Shown piece by piece: positions 47,545 to 57,541 of a stretch of 64,000 nt of DNA. The translations under genes and the position numbers were made by a program. Every line of letters starts with the position of its first letter. Position 1 is the stretch's first letter. A model generated the notes under the pieces. The model ran no database searches and had not been told where the DNA came from. It saw nothing but the letters and a program-made list of their open reading frames with translations. Source of the DNA: Nitrospirota bacterium (lineage in GTDB: Bacteria; Nitrospirota; UBA9217); contig CAVWHO010000002.1 of NCBI GenBank assembly GCA_963754875.1, forward strand, positions 1-64,000, given 5' to 3'.

Positions 47545-48987
47545 ATGAGCCAGGGGAGTGATTGCAACGGAGCCGAAGACCGGATCGTCGTTCTGGGCGC
47601 GGGGCTTACCGGACTTTCCGCAGGATATGTCCTGTCCGCCGCCGGCCGCACGGTCGCTGTTTTCGAACATGATTCCGTTGTCGGCGGGATCTCGAAGACG
47701 ATCGAACGGGGCGGGTTCCGGTTCGACCTGGGGCCCCACCGGTTCTTTACCAAGGATGCGCGCATAGAGGCCTTTGTGAAAGACCTGATGGGTGACGAAC
47801 TGATGAAGGTCCCGCGCAAGACGGAGATCTTTATTCGCGGAAAGTATTTCAATTATCCGTTAGAACCCGTGAATGCCGTGTTCGGCATGGGCATTTTTAC
47901 GACGCTGCGGATCCTCGCAAACTACGGATGGGAGCGGTTCAAACGGCTCGTGCGGAAACCCGCGCCCGTGTCCCTCGAAGACTGGGTGGTCGCAAATTTC
48001 GGACGCACCCTGTTCAATATCTATTTCAAGGAATACAGCGAGAAGGTGTGGGGCGTCGATTGCAGCAGGATCAGCGCCGAGTGGGTCGCACGGCGCATCA
48101 GGGGGCTTTCGCTCTCCAAAGCGGTGATGAACGCGTTCTTCAAGTTCAAAGGCAGGGACATCCCGTCGCTCGTCAATCAGTTCCTGTACCCCCGGCGGGG
48201 GATCGGCCGTATCTCCGAAAAACTGAGCAGGAAAATCGAGCAAACAGGCTCGGTGTCCCTCAATACCTCCGTGGAACGCGTCAACCGCTCCGGTTTCACG
48301 ATAGACAGCATCGCGGTCAAAGACCAAGAGGGCACCCGCATCATCGGCGGAAATGAATTCATCTCGAGCATCCCGGTCACGAAGCTGATCAGCCTGCTGG
48401 ACCCGCCCGCGCCTCCGGACGTTCTCAAAGCGGCCGCAAGCCTCAAGTTCAGGGACATCGTTGTCGTTACCGTCATGGTCGACCGGCCGCACGTCACGAA
48501 CCAGACATGGATCTATATTCCGGAAAAGAACATCCCCATCGGCAGAATCCACGAGCCGACAAACTGGAGCAGCGACATGGCGCCGGAGGGACAAACGCTC
48601 CTCGTGACGGAATTCTTCAGTTTTGAAGGAGACGCGATATGGAATACGAGCGACGCCGGTCTGATATCGATTGCAGTAGACAGCCTGGCCCGGCTCGGCT
48701 TCATCCAGCCCCGTGAAGTGATCGAAAGCGTGGTCACCAGGGTGCCGAAAGCCTACCCTTTGTTTGAGGTAGGATATCAGAAGCAGGTCGAGGTAATCGA
48801 AGACTATTTTTCCCGTTTCGCGAACCTCCACCTCGCGGGCAGGGTGGGAATGTTCAAATACTATAATATGGACCATGCAATCTGCTCGGGGATGGGGGCC
48901 GCGGAAAAAATCCTCGCGGAAAGATCTAAAAACGGCCGCGGACAAGACTGCTCGGACGCAAAGGAAATCCTTAAATCCTGTTTGTAA
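47545..48987 (+). CDS. FAD-dependent oxidoreductase (HemY/UGM-like superfamily), copy 1
   Basis: LGAGLTGL, VGGISKT, FDLGPHRFF, YSEKVWG, RVPKAYP, GR.GMFKYYNMDHA. Confidence 0.85.
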   Translation: MSQGSDCNGAEDRIVVLGAGLTGLSAGYVLSAAGRTVAVFEHDSVVGGISKTIERGGFRFDLGPHRFFTKDARIEAFVKDLMGDELMKVPRKTEIFIRGKYFNYPLEPVNAVFGMGIFTTLRILANYGWERFKRLVRKPAPVSLEDWVVANFGRTLFNIYFKEYSEKVWGVDCSRISAEWVARRIRGLSLSKAVMNAFFKFKGRDIPSLVNQFLYPRRGIGRISEKLSRKIEQTGSVSLNTSVERVNRSGFTIDSIAVKDQEGTRIIGGNEFISSIPVTKLISLLDPPAPPDVLKAAASLKFRDIVVVTVMVDRPHVTNQTWIYIPEKNIPIGRIHEPTNWSSDMAPEGQTLLVTEFFSFEGDAIWNTSDAGLISIAVDSLARLGFIQPREVIESVVTRVPKAYPLFEVGYQKQVEVIEDYFSRFANLHLAGRVGMFKYYNMDHAICSGMGAAEKILAERSKNGRGQDCSDAKEILKSCL

Positions 48988-49077
48988 ACCAAGAGACAAG
49001 CCTTTCTTTCCGGGCGTTGCGTCTACGCAAAAATTGCACGGGATTTTGAATTTTTCTCCCGGAGATTGGTGCTTGTT

Positions 49078-50517
49078 ATGAAGTGTGCTCTTCTCATACC
49101 TTCCTGGGTCCCGGAAGATATTTTCGCTTCCAAGACGGCTGCGTCCCAGATCAATTACTGGCAGCCCCTCGGGACCCTTTCCGTGGCCGCAGTGCTTCAG
49201 AAAGCGGGCCATGACGTGATGTTCCTGAACGGCGCATTTCTAAGGCAGGAAGAATTGCTGCAGGAGGTCGAGAAGTTTTCTCCGGCATTCGTCGGGATTT
49301 ATTCAACGACCTTCGGATGGGGAAAAGCAAAGCGGACGGCGCTCGAGCTCAGGACGATCTTCGGAAAGAACGTATTCATCTGTTCAGGGGGGCCCTATCC
49401 GATCGCGGTTCAGGAACGGAGTCTTGAAGATGCGGGAGAGAGCATAGACGCCATCGTGACCGGCGAAGGCGAATTTACGGTCCTCGAAACAGTCGAACGG
49501 CTTGCGGCAAGGAAGAGTCTGGACGGGGTACAGGGACTCGTCTGGCGCGATCACGGAAAAATCATAAAGAACCAGCCCAGGCCGCTCATCGAGGACCTCG
49601 ATTCGCTTCCGTTCCCCGCGCGGGAACTCCTCGGCGACCCGAACCTCTACATTCCCACACCCGCCACGTACCGCCGTAAGCCCGTAACCGTCATGATGAC
49701 CTCGCGCGGGTGCAACAGACACTGCATCTACTGTTTTCAGCTCGATAAAGAAAGAAAGACCGGGATCCGCTACCGCAGCATCGAAAACGTTATGAAGGAG
49801 ATCGAGCACTGCCTCGCGCAGGGCTACCGGGAGATAAAATTCCTCGACGACACGCTCGCAGCCGATTACAACCGGGCCATGCAGTTCGCCCAAGAAATCA
49901 AGGCGCGCAAGCTCGATTTTACCTGGTTCGTATCAGCCTGCGTGAACCAGGTCGACAAGCCCCTGCTCCAGGCGTTCAAGGACGCTGGCTGCTGGGCAAT
50001 CCTCTTCGGCGCCGAAAGCGGGGTCCAGAAGAACCTGAACACGATACGGAAAGGAACGACGACTGACCAGATCCGAAAAGCGGTGAAAGCAGCGAAGGAG
50101 GTCGGCCTTGTCGTCCAGACGCCTTTCATGTTCGGCATCCCGGGTGAGACCTATGAAGAGGGCCTACAGACGATCGAGTTTGCTATAGACATCGATCCCG
50201 ACATAGCAAGTTTCCACGCCATTACGCCTTTTCCAGGCACTTACCTTTACGATCATTTGGCTGAATACGGCGAGATCTCCGAGGAGCTGACCGACTATAC
50301 GTACCAGGGCGCAGCGTTCATTCCGCGGACAATGACGAGGGAGCAGATCCTCGACCTCAGGCAGACCGCGTTCAGAAAATTCTACTCCCGTCCCTCTTTC
50401 ATTATAAAAAGAATGTTCTCCGTCAGGAGCTGGGACGACCTCGCAACTCTGTTCAAGGCAGGCCGGAGTCTCTTCTGGCTTTGGTTCGCAAAAGACCTTT
50501 TCAAAAAAAGAATGTAA
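49078..50517 (+). CDS. Cobalamin-binding radical SAM protein (class B methyltransferase-like)
   Basis: QPLG..SVAA, GGPYP, GEGE, TSRGCNRHCIYC, FLDD, GAESG, GIPGET. Confidence 0.92.
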   Translation: MKCALLIPSWVPEDIFASKTAASQINYWQPLGTLSVAAVLQKAGHDVMFLNGAFLRQEELLQEVEKFSPAFVGIYSTTFGWGKAKRTALELRTIFGKNVFICSGGPYPIAVQERSLEDAGESIDAIVTGEGEFTVLETVERLAARKSLDGVQGLVWRDHGKIIKNQPRPLIEDLDSLPFPARELLGDPNLYIPTPATYRRKPVTVMMTSRGCNRHCIYCFQLDKERKTGIRYRSIENVMKEIEHCLAQGYREIKFLDDTLAADYNRAMQFAQEIKARKLDFTWFVSACVNQVDKPLLQAFKDAGCWAILFGAESGVQKNLNTIRKGTTTDQIRKAVKAAKEVGLVVQTPFMFGIPGETYEEGLQTIEFAIDIDPDIASFHAITPFPGTYLYDHLAEYGEISEELTDYTYQGAAFIPRTMTREQILDLRQTAFRKFYSRPSFIIKRMFSVRSWDDLATLFKAGRSLFWLWFAKDLFKKRM

Positions 50518-50648
50518 CTACAACAAACCTGTCTCACTCAAAGCCACGGTGGCCGTAGTTCCCCGAGATAAAAGATGCCTGATATCCTAACGAAGGAACA
50601 TTTTCCCTTTCTTGCATTTTCATTTGAACTGAATTACTGTACAAGATC

Positions 50649-52355
50649 ATGACTCCCTCCGCCGAATACGAATCAGCAAAAAGATTAACAGCCTGGCTTC
50701 CGGCTCTTCTCACCTTGACCACGACCGCAGTGCTGTTTTTTTTCCGGCGGTATGATGACAACAGTCTTGCCAGTTGGAACGTCATTTTTCTGACCGTGGG
50801 CAAACCCGGCCGTTTTTTTATTTTCTTATCAGCGGCGTTGTTCTTCGCGTCCCTGATTTCCTTCTGCCGCCTTTCCCTGCCCGGCCGCACACGCCCGCTC
50901 CTTCTTTTTGCCGCATCGGCAGCAATGGCAGCGCTCTGCTGGTCGATTCCGGAAGTGAATATCGACGTGTCACGGTATTTCGAACAGGCGAAATACCTCG
51001 AACTGCACGGCGTCAACTTTTTTTTGAAGGAGTGGGGGAGAGAGATCGCGGCATGGACAGACCTCCCCACGGTCCCCTTTCTTTATGGTTTGATCTTCAG
51101 GCTCTTCGGTGAAGAGCGGATTTTTATACAGATATTTACTACACTGCTCTTCGGGATGACGACGGTTCTCACCTCGTTCATCGGCGCAACGCTTTGGGAC
51201 GACGACACGGGGTTTAACGGCGGCGTCTTACTTCTTGGAATGCCCTATCTCATAATGATGGCGCCTCTTATGCTTGTAGACGTTCCGACCATGTTCTTTC
51301 TGACACTCTCCGTCTTTCTTTTTTTGAAAACAATCACATCAGGGCGGACAGGATGGGCATGCGGTGCTTTAGTCTCGGTCTTTTTTACTGTTTTATGCAA
51401 GTATTCAGCACTCTTTCTGCTCTCGGTTTTGCCGCTTATATCCATCATATATTGCCTGAAGCATCCGAGCCAACGCCGCCTGATACTCAGAAACACTTTT
51501 GCGGTAGTTCTATTTTCCGTTCTTCTGCTCGGCATCGCAGCGATCCTGACCCATGACGTCGTTGCGGAGCAGCTGCGGCTTCTTTTCGCTTATCAAAAGC
51601 CGGGGCTGGGCCGGTGGTCTGAGAGTTTTGTTTCCACCTTTTTATTTCAAATCAGCCCCCTAATCACGCTCGCGGCGCTCGCCTCTCTCTTGGCGGCCGC
51701 GGTCAGGCGGGACCTGAAATACCTGATAATAGCATGGCTGCCCCTCCTGATCTTCATTTTTCAGATAAAACGCATCCGCTATGCGCTTCCCGCTTTTCCA
51801 ATGGTTGCGCTTATGGCTGCCTACGGCCTCACCGTTCTCAAGGACCGGCGTGTTGTAAAAGCAGCCGTTTCGTGCGCAGTTGCCGCGACCCTTGCCCTAT
51901 GCCTCTTCGCGTATATCCCCTACCTGAAACAATTGAGTTCGGTAAACCTTCAGGAAGCGGGCGCATTTCTTGACACCCTGGAGATCGATGCCGCGGAGGT
52001 CTTCCCCGTTCCGGAGCGGGAATACCCCATCAATCCCGCGATTGCCGTCCCCCTCTTGGATCTGTTCACGAAGAAAAAAATTATCTTTGCCTATGACCCC
52101 GGGGCATCTTCTGCCGACATGGATGTCAGTCTGTCCCCCTATCGTTTCAGCTGGGAATATAAGAACCCCGCTTATTATCTCCCTGGCGCCACGGGCGCCA
52201 CGGAGAAAAAAGCGATCGTGGTGATTTCCGGCAGAACGAGGGACAGCATGCCGCCGTCAATTGAAGAAAGAATCAAGGGGTACACCCGGTCTAAAAAATT
52301 TTTTACCGCTTGCCCGTTCTATGAATATAAAACGCTCGTCACGGTCTTCTGGTAA
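50649..52355 (+). CDS. GT-C fold membrane glycosyltransferase, copy 2
   Basis: Paralog of 45802-47496 with the same motifs (FRR.DDN, QAKYLE, YP.NPA.AVPLLDL, TLVT..W). Confidence 0.8.
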   Translation: MTPSAEYESAKRLTAWLPALLTLTTTAVLFFFRRYDDNSLASWNVIFLTVGKPGRFFIFLSAALFFASLISFCRLSLPGRTRPLLLFAASAAMAALCWSIPEVNIDVSRYFEQAKYLELHGVNFFLKEWGREIAAWTDLPTVPFLYGLIFRLFGEERIFIQIFTTLLFGMTTVLTSFIGATLWDDDTGFNGGVLLLGMPYLIMMAPLMLVDVPTMFFLTLSVFLFLKTITSGRTGWACGALVSVFFTVLCKYSALFLLSVLPLISIIYCLKHPSQRRLILRNTFAVVLFSVLLLGIAAILTHDVVAEQLRLLFAYQKPGLGRWSESFVSTFLFQISPLITLAALASLLAAAVRRDLKYLIIAWLPLLIFIFQIKRIRYALPAFPMVALMAAYGLTVLKDRRVVKAAVSCAVAATLALCLFAYIPYLKQLSSVNLQEAGAFLDTLEIDAAEVFPVPEREYPINPAIAVPLLDLFTKKKIIFAYDPGASSADMDVSLSPYRFSWEYKNPAYYLPGATGATEKKAIVVISGRTRDSMPPSIEERIKGYTRSKKFFTACPFYEYKTLVTVFW

Positions 52356-52405
52356 AGATCAGGGATACATCTGTTTAGGGGCGCTGCATTAGTTTGGAGG
52401 ATGTC

Positions 52406-53770
52406 TTGACTCAGGCGAAAAAAGAGGTCCTTATCCTCGGAGGAGGCCTTACCGGACTCTCAGCAGGCTTCATCCTGGCCGGACACGGCCTTCCGGTGAC
52501 CCTGTTCGAAGCGGACTCCGCGGTGGGCGGCATATCGAAAACGATCGAGCACCAGGGATTCCGTTTTGATCTCGGCGGCCACCGTTTTTTCACGAAAGAC
52601 CCGCGAATCGATGCCTTCGTAAAAAAACTGATGAACGGTGAGCTTATCACCGTGCCGCGCAAAAGCAAAATTTTCTTGCGCGGAAAATATTTTGACTATC
52701 CGCTCAAACCGTTCAATGCGGCGTTCCGCCTGGGGCTCCCGTCCACGGCCCGCATACTCGGCGGATACGGGATAGAGCGCCTGAAGCATCTCTTCAAGGA
52801 ACCTGAAGCAGTCTCCCTCGAAGATTGGGTAGTTGCCCATTTCGGGCGGCCCATGTTCGATATCTACTTCAAAGAGTACAGCGAAAAGGTCTGGGGGATC
52901 GACTGCAATCGAATCAGCGCGGAATGGGTCGACCAGAGAATCCAGGGCCTTTCTCTTTCCAAGGCGATTGCAAATGCCGCATTCAAGAAAAGAACAGGCG
53001 AGATTCCAACACTCGTCGATAGTTTCATGTATCCCCGGCTTGGAATCGGCCGCATATCAGATGTCTTGAAGGCTGGAATAGAAAAGTCGGGCAGGGTCTT
53101 TACCCGGACCCGGGTCGAGCAAATCAACCATGCCGGCGGGAGAATGGAAAGCGTCGTAGTAAATAGCAGCGGAGCTTTGCGCAGAGAAGATGGGAGCCAA
53201 TTTGTTTCAAGCATGCCGGTTTCCGCTCTCGTGAAAATGCTGGACCCGGCCCCGCCGGAACGGGTGAAGGCCGCTGCGTCAAAACTCAGGTTCAGGGACC
53301 TTGTGATAGCAGCCGTAATGATCGACAGACCCCGGGTGACGGACCAGACGTGGATCTACATCCCCGAACGGAAGATCCCCTTCGGCAGGATCCACGAGCC
53401 GACCAACTGGAGCGCGGACATGGCCCCACGGGGGAAGACCCTCCTGGTGCTTGAATTTTTCAGTTTCGAAGGCGACGTTATGTGGGATGCAGACGACCGC
53501 ACGATCGCCGATATCGGAATCGACCATCTTGAGCAACTCGGCCTCATCAAGCGCAGCGACGTGATTGACAGCGTCGTCGTGCGGGTCCCGAAAGCATATC
53601 CCCTGTTCGAGGTGGGCTACGAAAAATATTTCAATGAAATCGCCGCGTATCTCGCAGGCTTCGAAAACCTCCATAGCGCCGGCAGGTCCGGGATGTTCCG
53701 GTATTACAATATGGACCATGCGATGGAGTCGGGGCTTGACGCAGCGGAAAAGATTATTCTCAGATCGTAA
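52406..53770 (+). CDS. FAD-dependent oxidoreductase, copy 2
   Basis: Paralog of 47545-48987; GGAGG RBS before TTG 52406. Confidence 0.85.
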   Translation: MTQAKKEVLILGGGLTGLSAGFILAGHGLPVTLFEADSAVGGISKTIEHQGFRFDLGGHRFFTKDPRIDAFVKKLMNGELITVPRKSKIFLRGKYFDYPLKPFNAAFRLGLPSTARILGGYGIERLKHLFKEPEAVSLEDWVVAHFGRPMFDIYFKEYSEKVWGIDCNRISAEWVDQRIQGLSLSKAIANAAFKKRTGEIPTLVDSFMYPRLGIGRISDVLKAGIEKSGRVFTRTRVEQINHAGGRMESVVVNSSGALRREDGSQFVSSMPVSALVKMLDPAPPERVKAAASKLRFRDLVIAAVMIDRPRVTDQTWIYIPERKIPFGRIHEPTNWSADMAPRGKTLLVLEFFSFEGDVMWDADDRTIADIGIDHLEQLGLIKRSDVIDSVVVRVPKAYPLFEVGYEKYFNEIAAYLAGFENLHSAGRSGMFRYYNMDHAMESGLDAAEKIILRS

Positions 53771-53775
53771 TACAC

Positions 53776-54855
53776 TTATATCTTCACATATTCCCGAAGG
53801 AGGAGGGGATAGAGCCCAGGATTGAACAGGATATTCGTCATGAAGTAGCACTCATGGGTGCAGAAACATTCGCCTTGTTTGATCGATTCGACCGTTTTTT
53901 TCGCCCTTGCTGAACTGAGGACCTTCCCGATGTCATACCCGGCCTCCCGTACGTTTCCCACAGAGCCGGACAGCATCTCGCACGGCTTTACCTCTCCGGT
54001 TTCAGTCAACACCACGTTCAGTCTCCCGGCAAAGCACGGAATGATCCTTTTTTGTTCAAGCACGGTTCGATGAATCAGCTTCCGTTGAAGGATGTCCTGG
54101 GCGGCCTTGATTCGCGCACCCGCGAATCGATACGTCTTCGCGGACCCGGCGGTCAAGTTCTTCCCGAGCCTCTCGATCGCGGCCCGGTATTTCTCCGAAT
54201 CGACCTCCTTATACCGAGCGTCGGACAGGTTTCCCCTGACAAGCGAGATCGTGTGCGTCCCGATGTACTTCATCCCATTCACAAAATCAATTATCCCATC
54301 CATCTTGTCCTGGTTCTCGGAGCAGAAAACCGTGTTGATGCCAAGTTCAAAATGGGGATATTCCGACAGAAGCGGTTCGAGCAGGTTATACGTCTCGATC
54401 GTTTTTTCAAAGCTCCCCGGTGTCGCGCGGACCACATCGTGGTCCCTGCCGATTCCATCGAGGGAAACCTTGACCACGATCACGCTGTTTCGGCATTCTT
54501 TGAGGATCCTCTCGGTCTTCGAACGGATAACGGCAGGAAGCATGCCATTGGTCGAAAAGAGGATAACAGCCGGCCTGTTCGCATCGTGGAAGGTCTTGCT
54601 GATTTCGACGAGATCATCCCGCAGATAGATCTCCCCGCCGGAAAAGGCAACCCAGAGGAGTGATCCGAACGAGCGCGAAATTTTCCGGATCTCGTCGAGG
54701 GACAGCTCCTGCTGTCCGGTTGCAACGGAATCCGAACTGCGCAGGTAGAAGCAAAAGGGGCATTTCGAGTTGCAACGACGGGTCAGGAAGAACGTGAGCT
54801 GAAGCGGTTTCCGCTTCCACAGGATCGAGGGTGCATGTCTGAGAGGCGAGTGCAT
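53776..54855 (-). CDS. Radical SAM protein with a SPASM/twitch domain
   Basis: CNSKCPFC, FSGGE, STNG, CFAG..GEVKPCE..CFCTHEC. Confidence 0.9.
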   Translation of the reverse strand: MHSPLRHAPSILWKRKPLQLTFFLTRRCNSKCPFCFYLRSSDSVATGQQELSLDEIRKISRSFGSLLWVAFSGGEIYLRDDLVEISKTFHDANRPAVILFSTNGMLPAVIRSKTERILKECRNSVIVVKVSLDGIGRDHDVVRATPGSFEKTIETYNLLEPLLSEYPHFELGINTVFCSENQDKMDGIIDFVNGMKYIGTHTISLVRGNLSDARYKEVDSEKYRAAIERLGKNLTAGSAKTYRFAGARIKAAQDILQRKLIHRTVLEQKRIIPCFAGRLNVVLTETGEVKPCEMLSGSVGNVREAGYDIGKVLSSARAKKTVESIKQGECFCTHECYFMTNILFNPGLYPLLLREYVKI

Positions 54856-54893
54856 AACTCAAATCCAGATTATATCAGGAGTTTTTGCCGCAA

Positions 54894-55934
54894 CTAATCC
54901 ATTCTTTCTTCGTGATCTTTTTTTTCCTTTGGCTGAGATATGGTAACCTTTTTACTGCCCCGAATCAAGCCATGTTTGACGAGCCCCGCCAAACCTCCCG
55001 CGATCACGGGAAAAGGGTAGATCATCGTGTAGTAAAATCCCCCGATTACCGTAAACCAAAGTCCCTTGGACCTGTTGAACAGTGTGAGCAAACCGCTGCT
55101 CAAAAAGAGGTTGACAGCGAGCAAGAACGGGAGTGGCAACAGCCAGCCGGGTTGATGCCGGATGAAAAAAAGAAGCACAAAAAAAACGCTCAGGGAAAAA
55201 GAGGCCCCATTGATCTTGAGCTCCAGGGAAGCCGTCCCGGAGTCTGCCAGCAGGTCCTTGTTTAGGAAAGAATAGGCCGTCCAGTACAGCGACTTACGAA
55301 ATGCATTGCGGAGCGACTTGATCGGGGTAAAATTGAAAATATGCATTACCTGGATCCCGGGCTTCATAACGAGCCTGAACCCGGAATCCCGGAACCGGTG
55401 GCAAAATTCCACGTCTTCCAGGATAGGGAAAAAATTTTCCCTGAAGCCCCCACTCGTGCTGAATATATCCTTGTCGATCACCAACGCGTGGGTCGCGATA
55501 TAGTCCGGCTCTTTCTTCTTTGTTTCCGAATAGTGAATAAACAGGGACTGGAATAGACTGAAGAAATCGGTATCGTAGGGAAGTGGCGTATAGGTCCCGC
55601 CGATGACCGCACCTGGATTCTCGGCCACCGCCTCATTTGCGAGTGAGAGCGCATCGTCCCGGATGAGGCAGTCCGCATCGGTGAAAAAAAGAATTTCACC
55701 CCGACTTTTTTCCGCCCCCCGGTTTCTGGCCGAGGACGCGCCTGTGTGCTTTTCGAGGGCAATAAGCCGCACGGGAAACTGCCTGATGACCTCGACGGAG
55801 TCATCTTCAGAACAGTCGTCGACAACGATTACCTCGAAGCTCCCATACCACGACGCACATGCTGCTTCGAGACATTTCCCGATCGTTGAACTCCCGTTAT
55901 AATTGGGGATGATGAGGGAGATTGATTTTTCCAT
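54894..55934 (-). CDS. Glycosyltransferase family 2 with C-terminal TMs
   Basis: SLIIPNYN, VVDDCSED, ARNRG, FTDADC, LEDVE. Confidence 0.9.
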   Translation of the reverse strand: MEKSISLIIPNYNGSSTIGKCLEAACASWYGSFEVIVVDDCSEDDSVEVIRQFPVRLIALEKHTGASSARNRGAEKSRGEILFFTDADCLIRDDALSLANEAVAENPGAVIGGTYTPLPYDTDFFSLFQSLFIHYSETKKKEPDYIATHALVIDKDIFSTSGGFRENFFPILEDVEFCHRFRDSGFRLVMKPGIQVMHIFNFTPIKSLRNAFRKSLYWTAYSFLNKDLLADSGTASLELKINGASFSLSVFFVLLFFIRHQPGWLLPLPFLLAVNLFLSSGLLTLFNRSKGLWFTVIGGFYYTMIYPFPVIAGGLAGLVKHGLIRGSKKVTISQPKEKKDHEERMD

Positions 55935-56333
55935 TATTCCGTTCGAAAGGCCGGTGTCGACCCTTGGAGAGCACCATACACCCTTTTGCATCTGCATGCC
56001 ACTTTTTTCCGGACGTGACGTTTTTCCATTGGATGTGCACATCCGGATAGTAATAAGAATCGTGCGTAGCCTGATTTCTCCTTACCTGACTTGCTGGGGC
56101 CCACGCAGTTCGCTTCGCATATCCTCGATAGGGATGCCCGGTTTGTTTACACTTCGCAGCGCTCACATGATTACCCGGCGAGCTGCCATATCGTAGGGCG
56201 GATCCGCTATGCGACATGGTGTAGCCTGTAGCCTTCACCTTCCGGATAACGTTCAGAGCAACTGCTCCCGAACCCGCAGGTGTCGGCATAATTGTGCTGC
56301 GCTATTTACAATAAAGGCGAGCAGAAAGAAATG

Positions 56334-56374
56334 AAAAAGTGCACCCCACCTCCCGGGTCAGAGAGGTGGGGTGC
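56334..56374 (-). terminator. Rho-independent terminator
   Basis: Perfect 12-bp GCACCCCACCTC/GAGGTGGGGTGC stem followed by ACTTTTTCATTT on the minus strand. Confidence 0.75.
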
Positions 56375-56527
56375 GGGGAGGAAATATGACGAATCATATT
56401 CCCGGACTGCCTAGGTGAGAAACAGGGTTTTCAGGGCCATCCTAGTCCGGTAGCGCCAGTGTCCCCGCTTTCCCTGTCATGGAAGCAGAAAGGCTGTTTT
56501 TCAACTTTGCCAAAATGCAACTTTATG
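56334..56527 (-). ncRNA. Candidate sRNA of about 190 nt
   Basis: TTGACA at 56556-56561 with AATACT 17 bp downstream, three hairpins, then a terminator. Confidence 0.55.
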
Positions 56528-56920
56528 AACCAAGTATTAAAGAAAAATCTCATCTTGTCAACTTGAAATTATGAGCAGTATTGCTTCTAAAATGCTAGAT
56601 GTAGTCGTAACATTGCTGATGCAGAAATCCTCAGGGAAATCGTGACAGAGAGACATCCTCGGCTCAGAAAAGGAGTAAGCAACGCGTCGAATAGGCCGGG
56701 CATATCAGCCTCTGTTCAGGTCAGCGCACGTTTCAGACAGATGCATTTTCTTGCCGTGAAAAGAGCGAGAATTGGGGGTATCATTTACCAAAACGCGAGG
56801 GAAGAGAGAACTGCATCAGACACGGCTCCGCGCCGTCCTAGTATATCATTTCAGAATGCATCGGCTTGCGGCAGTTGACGTCTCTCAAACAAATGCCGGT
56901 GAAAGGCAGGAAAGCGTACT

Positions 56921-57412
56921 TCAATGAGGAGGATCACGGAGAAAACAGACGCAGTCTAAAACGACCCTGCTCCTCTGACATTCGTGCGAGTCCTTTTTTA
57001 TCCAATCTTCAACCAGCGGCGCTATGGGTTTTAGCCGCTTCAGCGCATAATAGACTTTCACTTTCGACGTGTTGCTTTCGAGCCTTGCAATGTCTATAGC
57101 AAAGAGCATGTCTACGTCAAGGACGCCCGCATAGGCTATGCTGATCCGCGCCATGCCGTTTTCCGCGTCAGCGTCCCCCCTAATCCGTATGTTGTCCCCG
57201 TACACCGCCCCTTCGTAACAGTTTTTTGCATGATCCAGTGTCTTTCGGTAAACAGCTTGGTAGTCCTCATCCACGGTGAACGAATACACTCCGGCCGGAT
57301 TTTTGCGGAGCATGTCTGCGGTCGTCTGGCCGCAGCCGCACATGAGCAAAATGAGCACTCCGGAAAAAATATTTTTCACAAAAAACCTTTGCATCATTTC
57401 GTATCGTATCAT
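56921..57412 (-). CDS. Hypothetical lipoprotein
   Basis: Hydrophobic leader ending LMCGC; start uncertain. Confidence 0.6.
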   Translation of the reverse strand: MIRYEMMQRFFVKNIFSGVLILLMCGCGQTTADMLRKNPAGVYSFTVDEDYQAVYRKTLDHAKNCYEGAVYGDNIRIRGDADAENGMARISIAYAGVLDVDMLFAIDIARLESNTSKVKVYYALKRLKPIAPLVEDWIKKDSHECQRSRVVLDCVCFLRDPPH

Positions 57413-57541
57413 GAGTCAACCTTCGGGCGCCATGCATTACAGAAGAGGGCATTTATTGTGCGCCTTGTCGAATTCTCCACAGCAGCGCGGATATTCTACT
57501 CCGCGTTATCAAACGCCTCATTCAATGCGGCGTCGTCACAT

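Noticed and set aside
47545..53770. hemY or glf assignment for the flavoproteins
   Set aside because: Only superfamily-level similarity; the context is glycosyltransferases, not heme synthesis
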